From contig CAVQEW010000006.1 of the NCBI GenBank assembly GCA_963711655.1, forward strand, positions 66,662-130,661: a DNA stretch of 64,000 bases, written 5' to 3'. Positions within the stretch are counted from its first letter, which is position 1. The number at the start of each line of letters is the position of its first letter. Positions 38,050 through 48,168 of this stretch are shown one piece after another. A model generated the notes under the pieces. The model was not told the origin of the DNA. It was given only the letters and a program-made list of their open reading frames with translations, and did no database searches. The stretch comes from an uncultured Actinomycetota bacterium (GTDB taxonomy: Bacteria; Actinomycetota; UBA4738; HRBIN12). The position numbers were made by a program, and so were the translations under genes.

Positions 38050-39381
38050 TCACCGGCCCCGGGTACGGGGGCGGAACCGCATCCGGATCGGCACGCCGTC
38101 CAGATGGAAGGCCTCTCGGAACCGGTTCTCCAGGTACCTCCGATAGCCGGGCGTGGGAGCCCGGCCACCCCCGAAGAAGACGAACGACGGAGGGCGCGTC
38201 GCGACCTGGGCGGCGTAGTGGAGGGTCCCCGACGATCGGGGAGGTGGCTGCGCGCCCTGGACCTCTTGGAGCACCTGGTTCACCCGCGAGGTCGGCGCGC
38301 GGCCGGCCCAGCGCGTGCGGAGGTCGATCAGCAGCTCCGGGATCTTCATGACCCCCTGGCCGCGCACCGCAGAGCTGCGGACCACGGTCGCGCGCGCGAG
38401 CATCCTCGCATCCTCCGTCAGCTCCTTGAATCGCCGGTCCTTGTCCTCGACGAGGTCCCACTTGTTCGCGACCAGGAGCAGCGCTCGACCGGCTTCGAGC
38501 ACCCGGAAGGCGATCTTCTGGTCCTCGGCCGTGATGCCCTCGACGGCATCGAAGATGACCGCGGCCGCGTCCGCGCGATCGATCGCGTCGCCGGCGCGGA
38601 CGAAGCTGTAGTACTCCACGCCCTTCACGCGGATCGCGCGACGCATCCCCGCGGTGTCGACGAATCGGATCTGCCCCGCACCGGGCCATTCCACGAGCGC
38701 ATCCACGCTGTCGCGGGTGGTCCCCGCCTCCTCGAAGACCACCGACCGCTCGTCCTTCACCAGCTTGTTGAAGAGGCTGGACTTGCCGACGTTGGGTCGA
38801 CCCACCAACGCGAACCTCGGTTCCTCGTGCTTCGTTCGTCCGGCCCTCCATCGGCAGGCCTCGCCACCGAAGGCCTCGTCCGCCGCGTCGGGCAAGAGGT
38901 CGACGAGGCGATCGAGGAGCTCTCCCACGCCGCGCCCATGCTTCGAGGAGACGGCGATCGGATCGCCCAGGCCGAGGGCGAGGAAGGAAGGGACGTCGTT
39001 CTCGTCCTCGGCAGCATCGACCTTGTTCACCACCACGAGCACCGGGGACGTCGCTCGACGCAGGCGACGCGCCAGTTGCGCGTCCTCCTCCGTGATCCCC
39101 GATGCCACGTCGACGATCAGCAGGACGAGCTGGGCCTCCTCGATCGCCCGCATCGACTGCTCGCCGGCGAGCGCTTCCACTCCCCTCGCTCCGTGCAGGT
39201 AGCCGGCAGTGTCGACGAGACCGAAGCGCCTGCCGTTCCATGTCGCCTCGAGCTCCACCCGGTCGCGCGTCACTCCGGGATCGTCGTGGGCGATCGTCTC
39301 CCGCCTGCCGAAGAGCCGGTTGACCAGGGTCGACTTGCCCACGTTCTGTCTCCCGACGACCGCGATCCGGGGCAGTGTCAT
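38050..39381 (-). CDS. der: ribosome biogenesis GTPase Der (EngA)
   Basis: Two GTPase domains ('GRQNVGKSTL', 'GRPNVGKSSL') and a KH-like C-terminus. The ORF is intact at 443 aa. Confidence 0.9.
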   Translation of the reverse strand: MTLPRIAVVGRQNVGKSTLVNRLFGRRETIAHDDPGVTRDRVELEATWNGRRFGLVDTAGYLHGARGVEALAGEQSMRAIEEAQLVLLIVDVASGITEEDAQLARRLRRATSPVLVVVNKVDAAEDENDVPSFLALGLGDPIAVSSKHGRGVGELLDRLVDLLPDAADEAFGGEACRWRAGRTKHEEPRFALVGRPNVGKSSLFNKLVKDERSVVFEEAGTTRDSVDALVEWPGAGQIRFVDTAGMRRAIRVKGVEYYSFVRAGDAIDRADAAAVIFDAVEGITAEDQKIAFRVLEAGRALLLVANKWDLVEDKDRRFKELTEDARMLARATVVRSSAVRGQGVMKIPELLIDLRTRWAGRAPTSRVNQVLQEVQGAQPPPRSSGTLHYAAQVATRPPSFVFFGGGRAPTPGYRRYLENRFREAFHLDGVPIRMRFRPRTRGR

Positions 39382-40046
39382 GGCCGGGAGCCTCCGTGTG
39401 GGAGGAGCGCTGGCGCGCGCTCGGCGACCGCGGCGAGCGCGGCGAGGACGGTCGCGTCGACGTCGAGGTCGCTCGTGTCGATCACGACCGCGTCCGCGGG
39501 AGGGACGTGAGGGTTCACCTTCGCGTCTCGCCGATCGCGCTCGTGGAGTGCGTCGGCCACGTCGCTCGCTCCGCGCTCCTCGACGCGCCGGCCGGCACGC
39601 TCGACGGGCTCCGCGACGAGGAAGAGCTTCACGGGCGCATCCGGGAACACCACCGTGCCGATGTCTCGCCCCTCCATCACGGCGCCGCTCTCGCCGAGCG
39701 ATCGCTGCGCGGCACGCATCGCCGATCGAACGGCAGGGTGCGCCGCGACCGCGCTCACGTTGGACTCGACCTCACTGGTCTCGAGGTCGGCGGAGGGCAT
39801 CTCGTCGTCGATCAACAGCTCCCCGGTCGGTCCAGGGCTCAACGTGAACCGCAGGGTCTCCATCAGCGCGGCGAGAGCCGGACCGTCCTCGACGTCGACC
39901 TCCCGACGACGTGCGGCACGGGTGAGCGCCCGATACATCGAACCGGTGTTGACGTACGGGAGCTGGAGCGCCATCGAGAGCCGCCGGGCGAGCGTGCTCT
40001 TGCCGCTGCCGGCTGCGCCATCGATCGCCACCACGCGGAGCATCAC
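39378..40046 (-). CDS. cmk: cytidylate kinase
   Basis: 'IDGAAGSGKSTLARRL' is a P-loop. It has 4-nt overlaps with der and aroA. Confidence 0.85.
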   Translation of the reverse strand: MMLRVVAIDGAAGSGKSTLARRLSMALQLPYVNTGSMYRALTRAARRREVDVEDGPALAALMETLRFTLSPGPTGELLIDDEMPSADLETSEVESNVSAVAAHPAVRSAMRAAQRSLGESGAVMEGRDIGTVVFPDAPVKLFLVAEPVERAGRRVEERGASDVADALHERDRRDAKVNPHVPPADAVVIDTSDLDVDATVLAALAAVAERAPALLPHGGSRP

Positions 40047-41416
40047 GCAGACACCTCGACGTCGGCGCCGAGCGAAGCGAGGAGACCGAAGAAGCCGGGG
40101 AAGGACACGGCAGCCGACTCGATCCCGTCGATCTGCGAGGGCGTCCGGGCCGCGACCGCCGCCACCGTCAGCGCCATCGCCATCCGGTGGTCGCCCGCGG
40201 ATCGAGCGGATCCGCCCACGAGGCCGCCGCCGCCGACCACGAGGTCGTCGCCGTCGTCGGCTGCTTGACCTCCCAGGGCTCGGAGGCCCTCGGCGAGGAC
40301 GGAAAGACGATCGCTCTCCTTCACTCGCAGCTCCGAGGCTCCTTCGAAGGTGGAGGGGCCGTCCGCATGGGCGGCGAGGGCCGCGAGGATCGGCACCTCG
40401 TCGATCACGGACGGCACCTCGGCCGCGGCCACGCGCACCGGGCGGAGGGTCCCGCTCGGCGCGAGCCGCATCGTTCCCACCGGTTCCCCGAGCTCCTCGT
40501 CTTCCGGCTCGACGTCCACCACGACGCCCATCCTCCGCAGCACCTCCACGAAGGCGAGACGGGTCGGATTGAGGCCGACGCCGAGGAGGGTGAGGGCGCC
40601 ACCGGTGAGCGCGGCGGCGCCGAGGAGGAACGCGGCCGAGGACGGGTCCCCCGGCACCGTCCCGCGGAACCCCTCGTGCTGGAACGGTCCGTCGAGGAGC
40701 ACCGCCGCGTCATCCCGACGGAGCGGCGCCCCGAGCGCGCCGAGCGCTCGCTCCGTGTGGTCCCGCGTCGGGACGGGCTCGACGACGGTCGTCAGGCCGT
40801 CGGCCGCGAGCGCGGCCAGGAGGACGGCGCTCTTCACCTGGGCGCTCGGGACCTCCGCCTCGAATCGGATCCCCCGGAGGTCCCCGCCCTGGATCGTCAG
40901 CGGCGCGTGGCCATCCTCCGTCGTCACGTCCGCCCCCATGGCCCGGAGCGGCTGGGCCACCCGCTCCATCGGTCTCGTCGACAGGCTGGCGTCGCCCCGG
41001 AGGACCGTGGCGAACGGTGCCGATGCCACGAGACCGGCGAGCAACCTCATCGAAGTGCCCGAGTTCCCGCAGGAGAGATCGCGACCAGGCGGTCGGAGCG
41101 ATCCGCGTCCTTCACCGTGAAGGTCGAGCACCTCGAGGTCGAGGGTCGAGGCCTCGCGGTTCCACGTGGAACCATGGCGTTCATCGGTCGCCCCAGGGCT
41201 CGAGCCCCAAGCCTCGAGTGCAGGTCGAACCGGCGGAGCGAGCAGGGCGAGGCAGCCGGCCGTCGAGGACGTGTCGAGGGATCGGGGCAGGCCTTCCAGC
41301 CGGCTCCGCCCGTTCGCGGTCGCCGCCAGGAGGAGCCATCGATGGGAGATCGACTTGTCGCCCGGCACCCTCGCCTCGCCCGCGACCGTGCCCCCGGGTG
41401 TCACGCGCACCTTCAT
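40043..41416 (-). CDS. aroA: 3-phosphoshikimate 1-carboxyvinyltransferase
   Basis: 'PGDKSISHRWLLLAA' and 'CGNSGTSMRLLAG' are present. The real start is ATG 41416 inside the longer ORF 40043..42424. Confidence 0.85.
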   Translation of the reverse strand: MKVRVTPGGTVAGEARVPGDKSISHRWLLLAATANGRSRLEGLPRSLDTSSTAGCLALLAPPVRPALEAWGSSPGATDERHGSTWNREASTLDLEVLDLHGEGRGSLRPPGRDLSCGNSGTSMRLLAGLVASAPFATVLRGDASLSTRPMERVAQPLRAMGADVTTEDGHAPLTIQGGDLRGIRFEAEVPSAQVKSAVLLAALAADGLTTVVEPVPTRDHTERALGALGAPLRRDDAAVLLDGPFQHEGFRGTVPGDPSSAAFLLGAAALTGGALTLLGVGLNPTRLAFVEVLRRMGVVVDVEPEDEELGEPVGTMRLAPSGTLRPVRVAAAEVPSVIDEVPILAALAAHADGPSTFEGASELRVKESDRLSVLAEGLRALGGQAADDGDDLVVGGGGLVGGSARSAGDHRMAMALTVAAVAARTPSQIDGIESAAVSFPGFFGLLASLGADVEVSA

Positions 41417-41424
41417 CGGATCCG

Positions 41425-42543
41425 TCACGCCAGCCGGATCGGGTCGAGGCCGGCGCCCACCAGCACCTGCGTGGCATGGTCCGCCGCCGCCGCGGCGACC
41501 GTGAGGTGCACGGTCCCTCGTCCGCCCTCCGGCGAGTGCACGATCTGGAGGTCCTCGATGTTGACGCTTCCCTCCGCGAGGATCGACGTGAGCTCGGCGA
41601 GGGCGCCGGGACGGTCGGGCACCCCCACCTGCAATACGGCGACCCCGGACTTCACGTGCGGTTTCGTCGCGAGGCGGAGTCTCGCCTCCTTCGCCTGGGC
41701 GAACGTCGAGCGGACCGCGTCGCCCCTGCCCTGCCGCACGTCGTCCTGCAGGCTGCGGAGTCGGTCCACGTAGAGGTCGATCGCCTCGACGATCCGATCG
41801 CGGTTCGCGAGCAGGATCGATGACCACAGCCCGGCGTCCGAGGATGCCAGGCGCGTGAGGTCGCGGAACCCGCCGGCGGCCAGGAGGAGGATCTCGGGCT
41901 CGTCGGCTTCCTCGGTCGCCGCCAGGCTCATCAGGGCGGTCGAGGCAAGCTGCGGCAGATGGCTGACGAAGGCCACCAGGCGGTCGTGGCGGTCGGCGGA
42001 CATGCGGACGGGCCTCGCCCCCAGGCCGGCGATCCAGCCTTCGAGCGCCTCGATCGCCAGGGGATCGGAGGCGTCCGTCGCCGAGACGACCCACACGATC
42101 CCGTCGAGGACCGACGGGGACGCGTGCTCGGGGCCGGATCGCTCGCTCCCGCCCATCGGGTGGCCCGGGACGTAGCGCGGGAGCTCGGCGCGATCCGCTC
42201 GGTCGGCCACCTGCCGGGCGACCGGATCCATGATGCTGCCGACCTCGGTCACGACCGCGTCCGTCGTCGCCGCCAGCGCCGCCGCGACGGAGGCCGCGAT
42301 CGTCTGGATCGGCGTGCACACCACGACCAGGTTCGCGAGCTCCACGGCTTCCTCCAGCGACGCGGACGGCGTGAAGCCGCCGATGGCGGCGGCGCGCTCC
42401 GTCGTCGAGGGATCGGCGTCCCACCCGGTCACGGCGGCGCCGGCCCGCGCCGCCGCCATCGCGACCGAGGTGCCCATCAGGCCGGTGCCGACGACGGCCA
42501 CACGCGTGAGCGGTCCGCGCGAGGATCCGGAGTCGGCCATCAA
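41425..42543 (-). CDS. tyrA: prephenate dehydrogenase with C-terminal ACT domain
   Basis: 'VAVVGTGLMGTSVA' is a Rossmann motif, with 'GHPMGGSE' and an ACT-like end 'VLQVGVPDRPGALAELTSIL'. Confidence 0.8.
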   Translation of the reverse strand: MMADSGSSRGPLTRVAVVGTGLMGTSVAMAAARAGAAVTGWDADPSTTERAAAIGGFTPSASLEEAVELANLVVVCTPIQTIAASVAAALAATTDAVVTEVGSIMDPVARQVADRADRAELPRYVPGHPMGGSERSGPEHASPSVLDGIVWVVSATDASDPLAIEALEGWIAGLGARPVRMSADRHDRLVAFVSHLPQLASTALMSLAATEEADEPEILLLAAGGFRDLTRLASSDAGLWSSILLANRDRIVEAIDLYVDRLRSLQDDVRQGRGDAVRSTFAQAKEARLRLATKPHVKSGVAVLQVGVPDRPGALAELTSILAEGSVNIEDLQIVHSPEGGRGTVHLTVAAAAADHATQVLVGAGLDPIRLA

Positions 42544-42555
42544 CGGACGGACCCC

Positions 42556-42915
42556 TCAGTCCACGTCGTCACGAAGCGACTCCGCCCCGTCGAGATACAC
42601 GTGGACGATCTCGTCGAGCGACCGATCCGAGTGGAAGTGGACGAGGATCCGGATCACCGACGCCATGGCGCCTTCGACCGGGATCTCGAGGGCGCAGAGC
42701 AGCGGCACGCGCGCGAGGCCCATCCGGCGAGCGGCTTCGGCCGGGAAGACCGAACGCAGATCCTCGGTCGCCGTGAACATGATGCTCACGAGGTCGTCGG
42801 TGTCGATCTCGTTGCGCTGCAGCATCGACGAGAGGAGCCGCTCGGTGGATCCGAGCAGCACGTCACCCTCGTCCGATGGCACGCGGATGGCCCCGCGCGC
42901 CGCACGAAGCCTCAT
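42556..42915 (-). CDS. aroH: chorismate mutase, AroH class
   Basis: 'MRLRAARGAIRV' and 'IMFTATEDLRSVFPAEAAR'. The length of ~119 aa is typical of AroH. Confidence 0.7.
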   Translation of the reverse strand: MRLRAARGAIRVPSDEGDVLLGSTERLLSSMLQRNEIDTDDLVSIMFTATEDLRSVFPAEAARRMGLARVPLLCALEIPVEGAMASVIRILVHFHSDRSLDEIVHVYLDGAESLRDDVD

Positions 42916-42969
42916 GGGACACCTCTCTCCGTTCTTTGGCCCCGGGCGCGGCGCCCCGAGGTCCAAAGG

Positions 42970-43692
42970 CTACCCGTCGACGGCGCGCCTGAGCGCGATC
43001 ACCTCGTCGTGGGTGAGTTCACGACGCTCCCCCGGACCGAGCGAACCCAGCCGCACGGGTCCGATCCGCACCCGAACGAGGCGAGAGACCGGAAGCCCGA
43101 CGGCGGCGAGCAGGCGACGAACCTCACGCTTCCGGCCTTCCGTCATCACGAGGCGAACGGCCCCGCGCTCCCCCGACCGGCCGGCGACGCGCGCGTCCGT
43201 CGCGCGGGCGAAGCCGTCGTCCAGCTCGACCCCCCGTCGCAGACGCCCGACGTGCTTCGGGGTCGGCACGCCCTCGACCTCCGCCAGGTACTCCTTCTCG
43301 ACTCCGAACCGCGGGTGCGTCAGGCCGTTCGCGAGATCGCCGTCGTTCATCAGCAGGAGCAATCCCTCGCTCTCCCGGTCGAGCCGACCCACGGGGAACA
43401 CCCGCGGTCCGTCGGGAGGCAGGTAGGCGCGGATATCGGGGCGACCCTGCGGATCGTGCATCGTGGTCACCACCCCGGGAGGCTTGTGCAACGCGTAGTA
43501 CTTCACGTTGGGGTCGAGGTTGACCTCCAGACCGTCGACCCGAACCTCATCCTCGAGCGGATCCCCCTTGTCGCCGAGCGTCGCGACGGTCCCGTTCAGG
43601 GTGACCCGTCCCTCGACGATCAGCTGCTCGCAGGCTCGCCGGGAGCCGTAGCCTGCACGCGCGAGCAGGCGCTGCAGGCGCTCGGCCGGCAA
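42970..43692 (-). CDS. rluB: pseudouridine synthase (RluB/RsuA family)
   Basis: The S4 domain is 'RLQRLLARAGYGSRRACEQLI' and the catalytic motif is 'GRLDRESEGLLLL'. I inferred a TTG start at 43692. Confidence 0.8.
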   Translation of the reverse strand: MPAERLQRLLARAGYGSRRACEQLIVEGRVTLNGTVATLGDKGDPLEDEVRVDGLEVNLDPNVKYYALHKPPGVVTTMHDPQGRPDIRAYLPPDGPRVFPVGRLDRESEGLLLLMNDGDLANGLTHPRFGVEKEYLAEVEGVPTPKHVGRLRRGVELDDGFARATDARVAGRSGERGAVRLVMTEGRKREVRRLLAAVGLPVSRLVRVRIGPVRLGSLGPGERRELTHDEVIALRRAVDG

Positions 43693-43694
43693 CG

Positions 43695-44334
43695 CTAGGC
43701 GCCGGACCCGGCCGGCTCCGACGTGGGGGGCTCTTCGTCCGGCTCCGGCTCGTCCTGCTCCGGCTCGTCTGGCTCGTCCGCATCCGCGCCGAGGAGAGGG
43801 GCGAGCGAGGGCAGCGAGGCGAGGGACGGCAGCCCGAGTCGCTCGAGGAACGACGGCGTGGTCGCGAACAGGATCGGCCTCCCGGGGGTCTCCTCGCGGC
43901 CCGCTTCCTCGACGATGCCCTTGTCCTGGAGCGCGCGCAGCACGCCGTCGGAGTTGACTCCCCGGATCGAGGTGATCTGGTGGCGGGTGACCGGCTGCTT
44001 GTACGCGACGATCGCGAGCGTTTCCAGTGCCGCCTTCGTCAGCCGCGCTTGCCGGGAAGAGAGCACGAATCGCTCGACCTCCGGGGCGGTATCCGGATGG
44101 GTGAAGAGCCGCCACCCGCCGGCGACGTTGCGGAGCACCACTCCGGCGCCTCGGCTCTCCAGCTCCTCCTGGAGCCGATCGCAGAGCTCCTCGGCGGTCC
44201 GGCGTTCGACCTCGAGCGCCTGGGCGATCACCGACGGGGTGAGTGGCTCGTCGGACACGAAGAGCAGCGCCTCGAGGGCGCGCGTGTCCGTGGTACTCGT
44301 CGTCTCCGTTTCCGTCCGGCTTCGGCATCGTCAT
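43695..44334 (-). CDS. scpB: segregation and condensation protein B, frameshift near 44285
   Basis: 'RALEALLFVSDEPL' continues upstream of the listed GTG, but the only ATG (an ATGA overlap with the scpA stop) is in another frame. Confidence 0.75.
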
Positions 44335-45068
44335 CCTTGCCACTCGACATGGATCTCGCCGAACGTCGCCCCCTGCACCAGCTCCACCCGGCCGTCACGG
44401 TACAGCTCGAGGAGTGCGAGGAATCGAACCACCACCTGGATCCGCTCGTCGCAGTCGGCCACGAGGTCGCGGAAGGACGCCGCGCGCCCGAAGTCCTCGA
44501 TCCGTCGCTCGACCGCCGTCATCGCCTCCGCCATCGTGTAGCGGATCGGGGTCACGTGGCTCAGGTCGAGCGTCGGGGGCGGCCGGAGGAGCTGCGCCGC
44601 GAGGCGGGAGAGCGACTCCGCGTCCACCTTCGTCATCGGGTCCGGGTAGAGGTGCGAGAACTCGGGTCCGGGGCCGATGTCGCGGGTGAAGAATCCCGCC
44701 TCGTCCTCGAGCCGCCGGGCGAGCTCGACCGCCACCTTCCGGAAGGCCGTCAGCTCCAGCGAGCGGGCGTAGGCGAGATCGGGAGAGGCACCGAGGAGAT
44801 CGTCCTCGTCCGTCTCGGTGTGCCTGGGCATCAGCCGTCCGACCTTCAGCTCCAGCAGCACCGCGCACATCGCCAGGAACCACGTGACCTCTTCGAGGTC
44901 CCAGCGCTCGGCGTCCTTCGCGTAGTCGAGGAACCCGTCGGTCACCGCGGCGACCGACACGTCGCAGACGTCGACCTTCTGCTCGAGGATCAACTCCGCG
45001 AGCAGCCGGAAGGGACCGGTGAACGCCGGCAGCTCGACCGCGAAGGCGCCGGCTCCCTCGGGGCTCAC
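44331..45068 (-). CDS. scpA: segregation and condensation protein A
   Basis: 'FTGPFRLLAELILEQKVDVCDVSVAAVTDGFL' is the typical ScpA N-terminus. The ORF is intact at 245 aa. Confidence 0.85.
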   Translation of the reverse strand: MSPEGAGAFAVELPAFTGPFRLLAELILEQKVDVCDVSVAAVTDGFLDYAKDAERWDLEEVTWFLAMCAVLLELKVGRLMPRHTETDEDDLLGASPDLAYARSLELTAFRKVAVELARRLEDEAGFFTRDIGPGPEFSHLYPDPMTKVDAESLSRLAAQLLRPPPTLDLSHVTPIRYTMAEAMTAVERRIEDFGRAASFRDLVADCDERIQVVVRFLALLELYRDGRVELVQGATFGEIHVEWQG

Positions 45069-46103
45069 GGTCGGGAGAACCCCATCGCGTCGCGGACGGC
45101 ATCCAGGGTGTCGCGGACCACCGGCCGCACCCGTTCGCGTCCTTCATCCAGGACCTTCGCCACCAGCCCGGGTTCTCCGGCGAGCTCGAGCCGCCGTTCG
45201 CGGATCGGCCGGAGCTCCTCGATCAGGCGGTCGGCGAGGTTCGTCTTGCAGTCGACGCAACCGAGCTCCCCGGTGCGGCAGTGGTCGCGCGTCCAATCGA
45301 CGATGTCGGGTGAGAACCGTGTGTGCAACGCGAAGATCGGACAGATCTCCGGCCGGCCGGGGTCGCCCAGGCGAACCTTCTGCGGATCGGTGATGAACGA
45401 GCGAACCTTGGCGCGGATCGTGTCGGGGTCGTCCGCGAGCCCGATCGCGTTGTCGAGCGACTTCGACATCTTGCGACCGTCCGATCCGGGAACGAGCGGG
45501 AAGTCCGACAGCAGCGGCTGCGGCTCGAGCAACACCTCGCCGAACAACCGGTTGAATCGCCGCACGATCTCGCGGGAGATCTCGAGGTGCGAGACCTGAT
45601 CCTCCCCCACCGGCACGAGCTCTCCTCGCACGATCGAGATGTCCACGGTCTGGAGCACCGGGTAGCCGAGCAGAGCCGAAGTTCGCGACGTCACGCTCCG
45701 CCATGTCGCGCAGCCGCTCCTTGTACGTGGGCACGCGCTCCAGCCAGCCGAGGGGCGTGATCATCCCGAGGAGGATCGCCATCTCCGCCACCTCGGGCAG
45801 GTCGGACTGGAGGTAGAGGATCGATCGGGAGGGATCGATGCCGCACGCCAGGAGATCGAGCACGATGGTCTCGACCAGCGACGGGAGCTCGGCGGTGCGG
45901 TCGTAGTGCGTCGTGAGCATGTGCCAGTTCGCGACGAAGTAGTAGCACTCGTAGCCCTCGTCCTGGAGGCGGACGGCGTTCCCGACATTGCCCGCCCAAT
46001 GACCGATGTGGAGGTCACCGGTCGGTCGGAAGCCCGTGAGGACGCGCCCGCGCTTGGCGGGCGTTCCGTCCGTCGCCGGAGCCTCGGTCCGTGGTCGTGG
46101 TCA
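45065..46103 (-). CDS. trpS: tryptophan--tRNA ligase, at least 2 frameshifts
   Basis: 'FRPTGDLHIGHWAGN' (HIGH) and 'KMSKS' are present. The pieces lie in three frames, joined near 46085 and 45673. Confidence 0.85.
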
Positions 46104-46155
46104 CGTTGCGGGCGATGATACCCCTCGCCTCCCGAGCCCCCGGGACGCGGCGGGC

Positions 46156-46830
46156 TCACGCCAGGCGCAGCAGGGTCAGGCAGTCGCTGCCGGACGCCGC
46201 GTCGCAGATCGCGCCCGTGATCAGCTGGATGAACTCGAAGAGCACCGAGAACAGGACGAACAGGACCACCAGCACGAAGAGCGGCAGGTAGCGATCCGCG
46301 TTGCGGAACGTCTCGCGCGCCTGCGGCGGCAGGAGCATCGTGAGGAGTCGGCCGCCGTCGAGCCCCGGGATCGGGAGGAGGTGGAACACGAAGAGGGACG
46401 CGTTCGTGTACGCGAACGTCGTGACCACACGCAGGGCTTCGCCCTCGAGACCACCCAACCGGACGACGAGGCCCGCTGCGATCGCGAGCGCCAGCGACGC
46501 CAGCGGCCCGGCCATCGAGGCCACGATCACGTCGCGCGGATACCTCCGGAAGTTGGTGGGGTCGATCGGGGCCGGCTTCGCGTACGCGGCCGGCATCAGC
46601 AGCCGCTGGACGGTCCACAGGATCGCGATCAGCGCCGGAACGAAGCCGCTCCCGAACGGCTCGAACCACTGCTTCGGCCGGAACGAGATCCTTCCCCACA
46701 GGCGCGGGGTGGGGTCGCCGAGGCCGGCGATCACCCTCGCGCGCGTGTATTCACGCAGCGTCATCCCGACGAACAGCGAGGCGAGCATGTAGGCCGCGAG
46801 CTTGAGCCCGAGGACCGAGAAATTCCCCAT
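46156..46830 (-). CDS. site-2 protease (M50)-like membrane protein lacking the HExxH histidines
   Basis: The family pattern 'GDPT...GR.S..P' and 'FHLLPIPGLDGGRLL' is present. At the HExxH position the sequence reads 'LREYTRA' (RExxR). Confidence 0.65.
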   Translation of the reverse strand: MGNFSVLGLKLAAYMLASLFVGMTLREYTRARVIAGLGDPTPRLWGRISFRPKQWFEPFGSGFVPALIAILWTVQRLLMPAAYAKPAPIDPTNFRRYPRDVIVASMAGPLASLALAIAAGLVVRLGGLEGEALRVVTTFAYTNASLFVFHLLPIPGLDGGRLLTMLLPPQARETFRNADRYLPLFVLVVLFVLFSVLFEFIQLITGAICDAASGSDCLTLLRLA

Positions 46831-46848
46831 GCCATCACCTCCCGACCG

Positions 46849-48168
46849 TCACAACCACGCGTGGACGAGCGGCGGAGGCTCGACCGGACCGTCGACGACG
46901 TCCATCGCCGCGAGGACGCGGCGCCCGGCCTCCGCCGCGGCCTCGCGATCTCGCGCGTGGACCTCCCCGATGGGCGTCCCGGCCTCCAGCCGGTCGCCGA
47001 TCTTCGGATGCACCACGATACCGACGGCCGGGTCGATCGGATCGCCCTTCCGCAGCCGACCGGCTCCCAGGTCCACGCTCGCCAGGCCGATCTCCTCGGC
47101 TTCGAAGGCCGCCACGATGCCGCTCCGATCGGCGAGCAGCGGCTCGCGAACGGGAGCGGCCGGCAGGACGCCCGCGGGGTCGTCGACCACCCGAGGATCG
47201 CCGCCCTGCGCCTGGACCATCGCCCGGAACCGCTCCAGCGCTTCTCCCGACTCGATGGCGGCGGCCGCCTGCGCGAGCGCCTGCTCGTGGTCGGTCCCGT
47301 GCGTGAGCTCCAGCGCCCGCGCGGCGAACAGCAACGCCGCCTCGCGCAGGCGGCCGCCGGTCTCCCCCCGCAGGAGCGCGACCGTTTCCGCGACATCCAG
47401 CGCGTTGCCGACCGCGTCCCCGAGCGGCTGCGACATGTCCGTCACGGCGGCGCTCGCCTTCCGGCCCCAGCCGGAGGCGAGCGCGAGGCAGCGTTCCGCG
47501 AGCGCACGCGCGTCCTCCGGGGACTTCATGAATGCCCCGGAGCCCGCCTTCACGTCCAGGAGGATCAGATCGGTCTCGACCGCGAGCTTCTTGGACATCA
47601 CGCTCGCTGCGATCAGGGGGATCGACGGGACCGTGGCCGTCGCATCCCGGAGCGCGTAGAGGGCGCCGTCGGCCGGCACCAGGGTGGCCGTCTGTGCCGC
47701 GACGGCGCACCCGACGTCGGCGACCTGCCTCCGGATCTCCTCGGGAGACAGATCCGTCCGGAACCCGGGGATCGATTCGAGCTTGTCGAGTGTCCCGCCC
47801 GTGTGCCCCAGTCCGCGACCCGAGAGCTTCGCGACCGCCAGTCCGAGGGCGGCGGCGAGCGGGGCGAAGACGAGCGTGACGCCGTCGGCCACCCCGCCGG
47901 TGGAGTGCTTGTCCACCGTGGGCGGCAGCGCCGCATCCGACGCGTCCCCCGAGAACCGAAGGGTGTCGCCGGAGTCGACCATCGCCTTCGTGAGCGCGAG
48001 GGTCTCGTCGTCGTCGAGTCCCCGGAGCAGGCACGCCATCAGGAACGCGGCGGCGAGGGCGTCGGAGACCTCGCCCTTGGTGTAACCCTCGACGAACGCG
48101 CGGACGTCTGCCTGAGAGAGCGACCTGCCGTCACGCTTCGCGGCGACGATCGAGCGGAGATCCATCAC
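46849..48168 (-). CDS. deoA: thymidine/pyrimidine-nucleoside phosphorylase
   Basis: 'IVAAKRDGRSLS', 'VDKHSTGGVADG' and 'SGRGLGHTGGTLDKLE' in an intact 439-aa ORF. Confidence 0.9.
   Translation of the reverse strand: MMDLRSIVAAKRDGRSLSQADVRAFVEGYTKGEVSDALAAAFLMACLLRGLDDDETLALTKAMVDSGDTLRFSGDASDAALPPTVDKHSTGGVADGVTLVFAPLAAALGLAVAKLSGRGLGHTGGTLDKLESIPGFRTDLSPEEIRRQVADVGCAVAAQTATLVPADGALYALRDATATVPSIPLIAASVMSKKLAVETDLILLDVKAGSGAFMKSPEDARALAERCLALASGWGRKASAAVTDMSQPLGDAVGNALDVAETVALLRGETGGRLREAALLFAARALELTHGTDHEQALAQAAAAIESGEALERFRAMVQAQGGDPRVVDDPAGVLPAAPVREPLLADRSGIVAAFEAEEIGLASVDLGAGRLRKGDPIDPAVGIVVHPKIGDRLEAGTPIGEVHARDREAAAEAGRRVLAAMDVVDGPVEPPPLVHAWL

Noticed and set aside
41417-42424. The N-terminal extension of the aroA ORF (793 aa) overlapping tyrA.
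   Set aside because: The extension is Arg/Gly-rich junk read in an alternative frame of tyrA. The aroA family sequence begins at 'MKVRVTPGG' (ATG 41416).
45999-46155. A T-box or other leader upstream of trpS, and similarly upstream of cysS at 12900-12953.
   Set aside because: The gaps are short, and I saw no specifier-loop or T-box 'AGGGUGGNACCGCG'-type sequence. The start of trpS is itself uncertain because of a frameshift.
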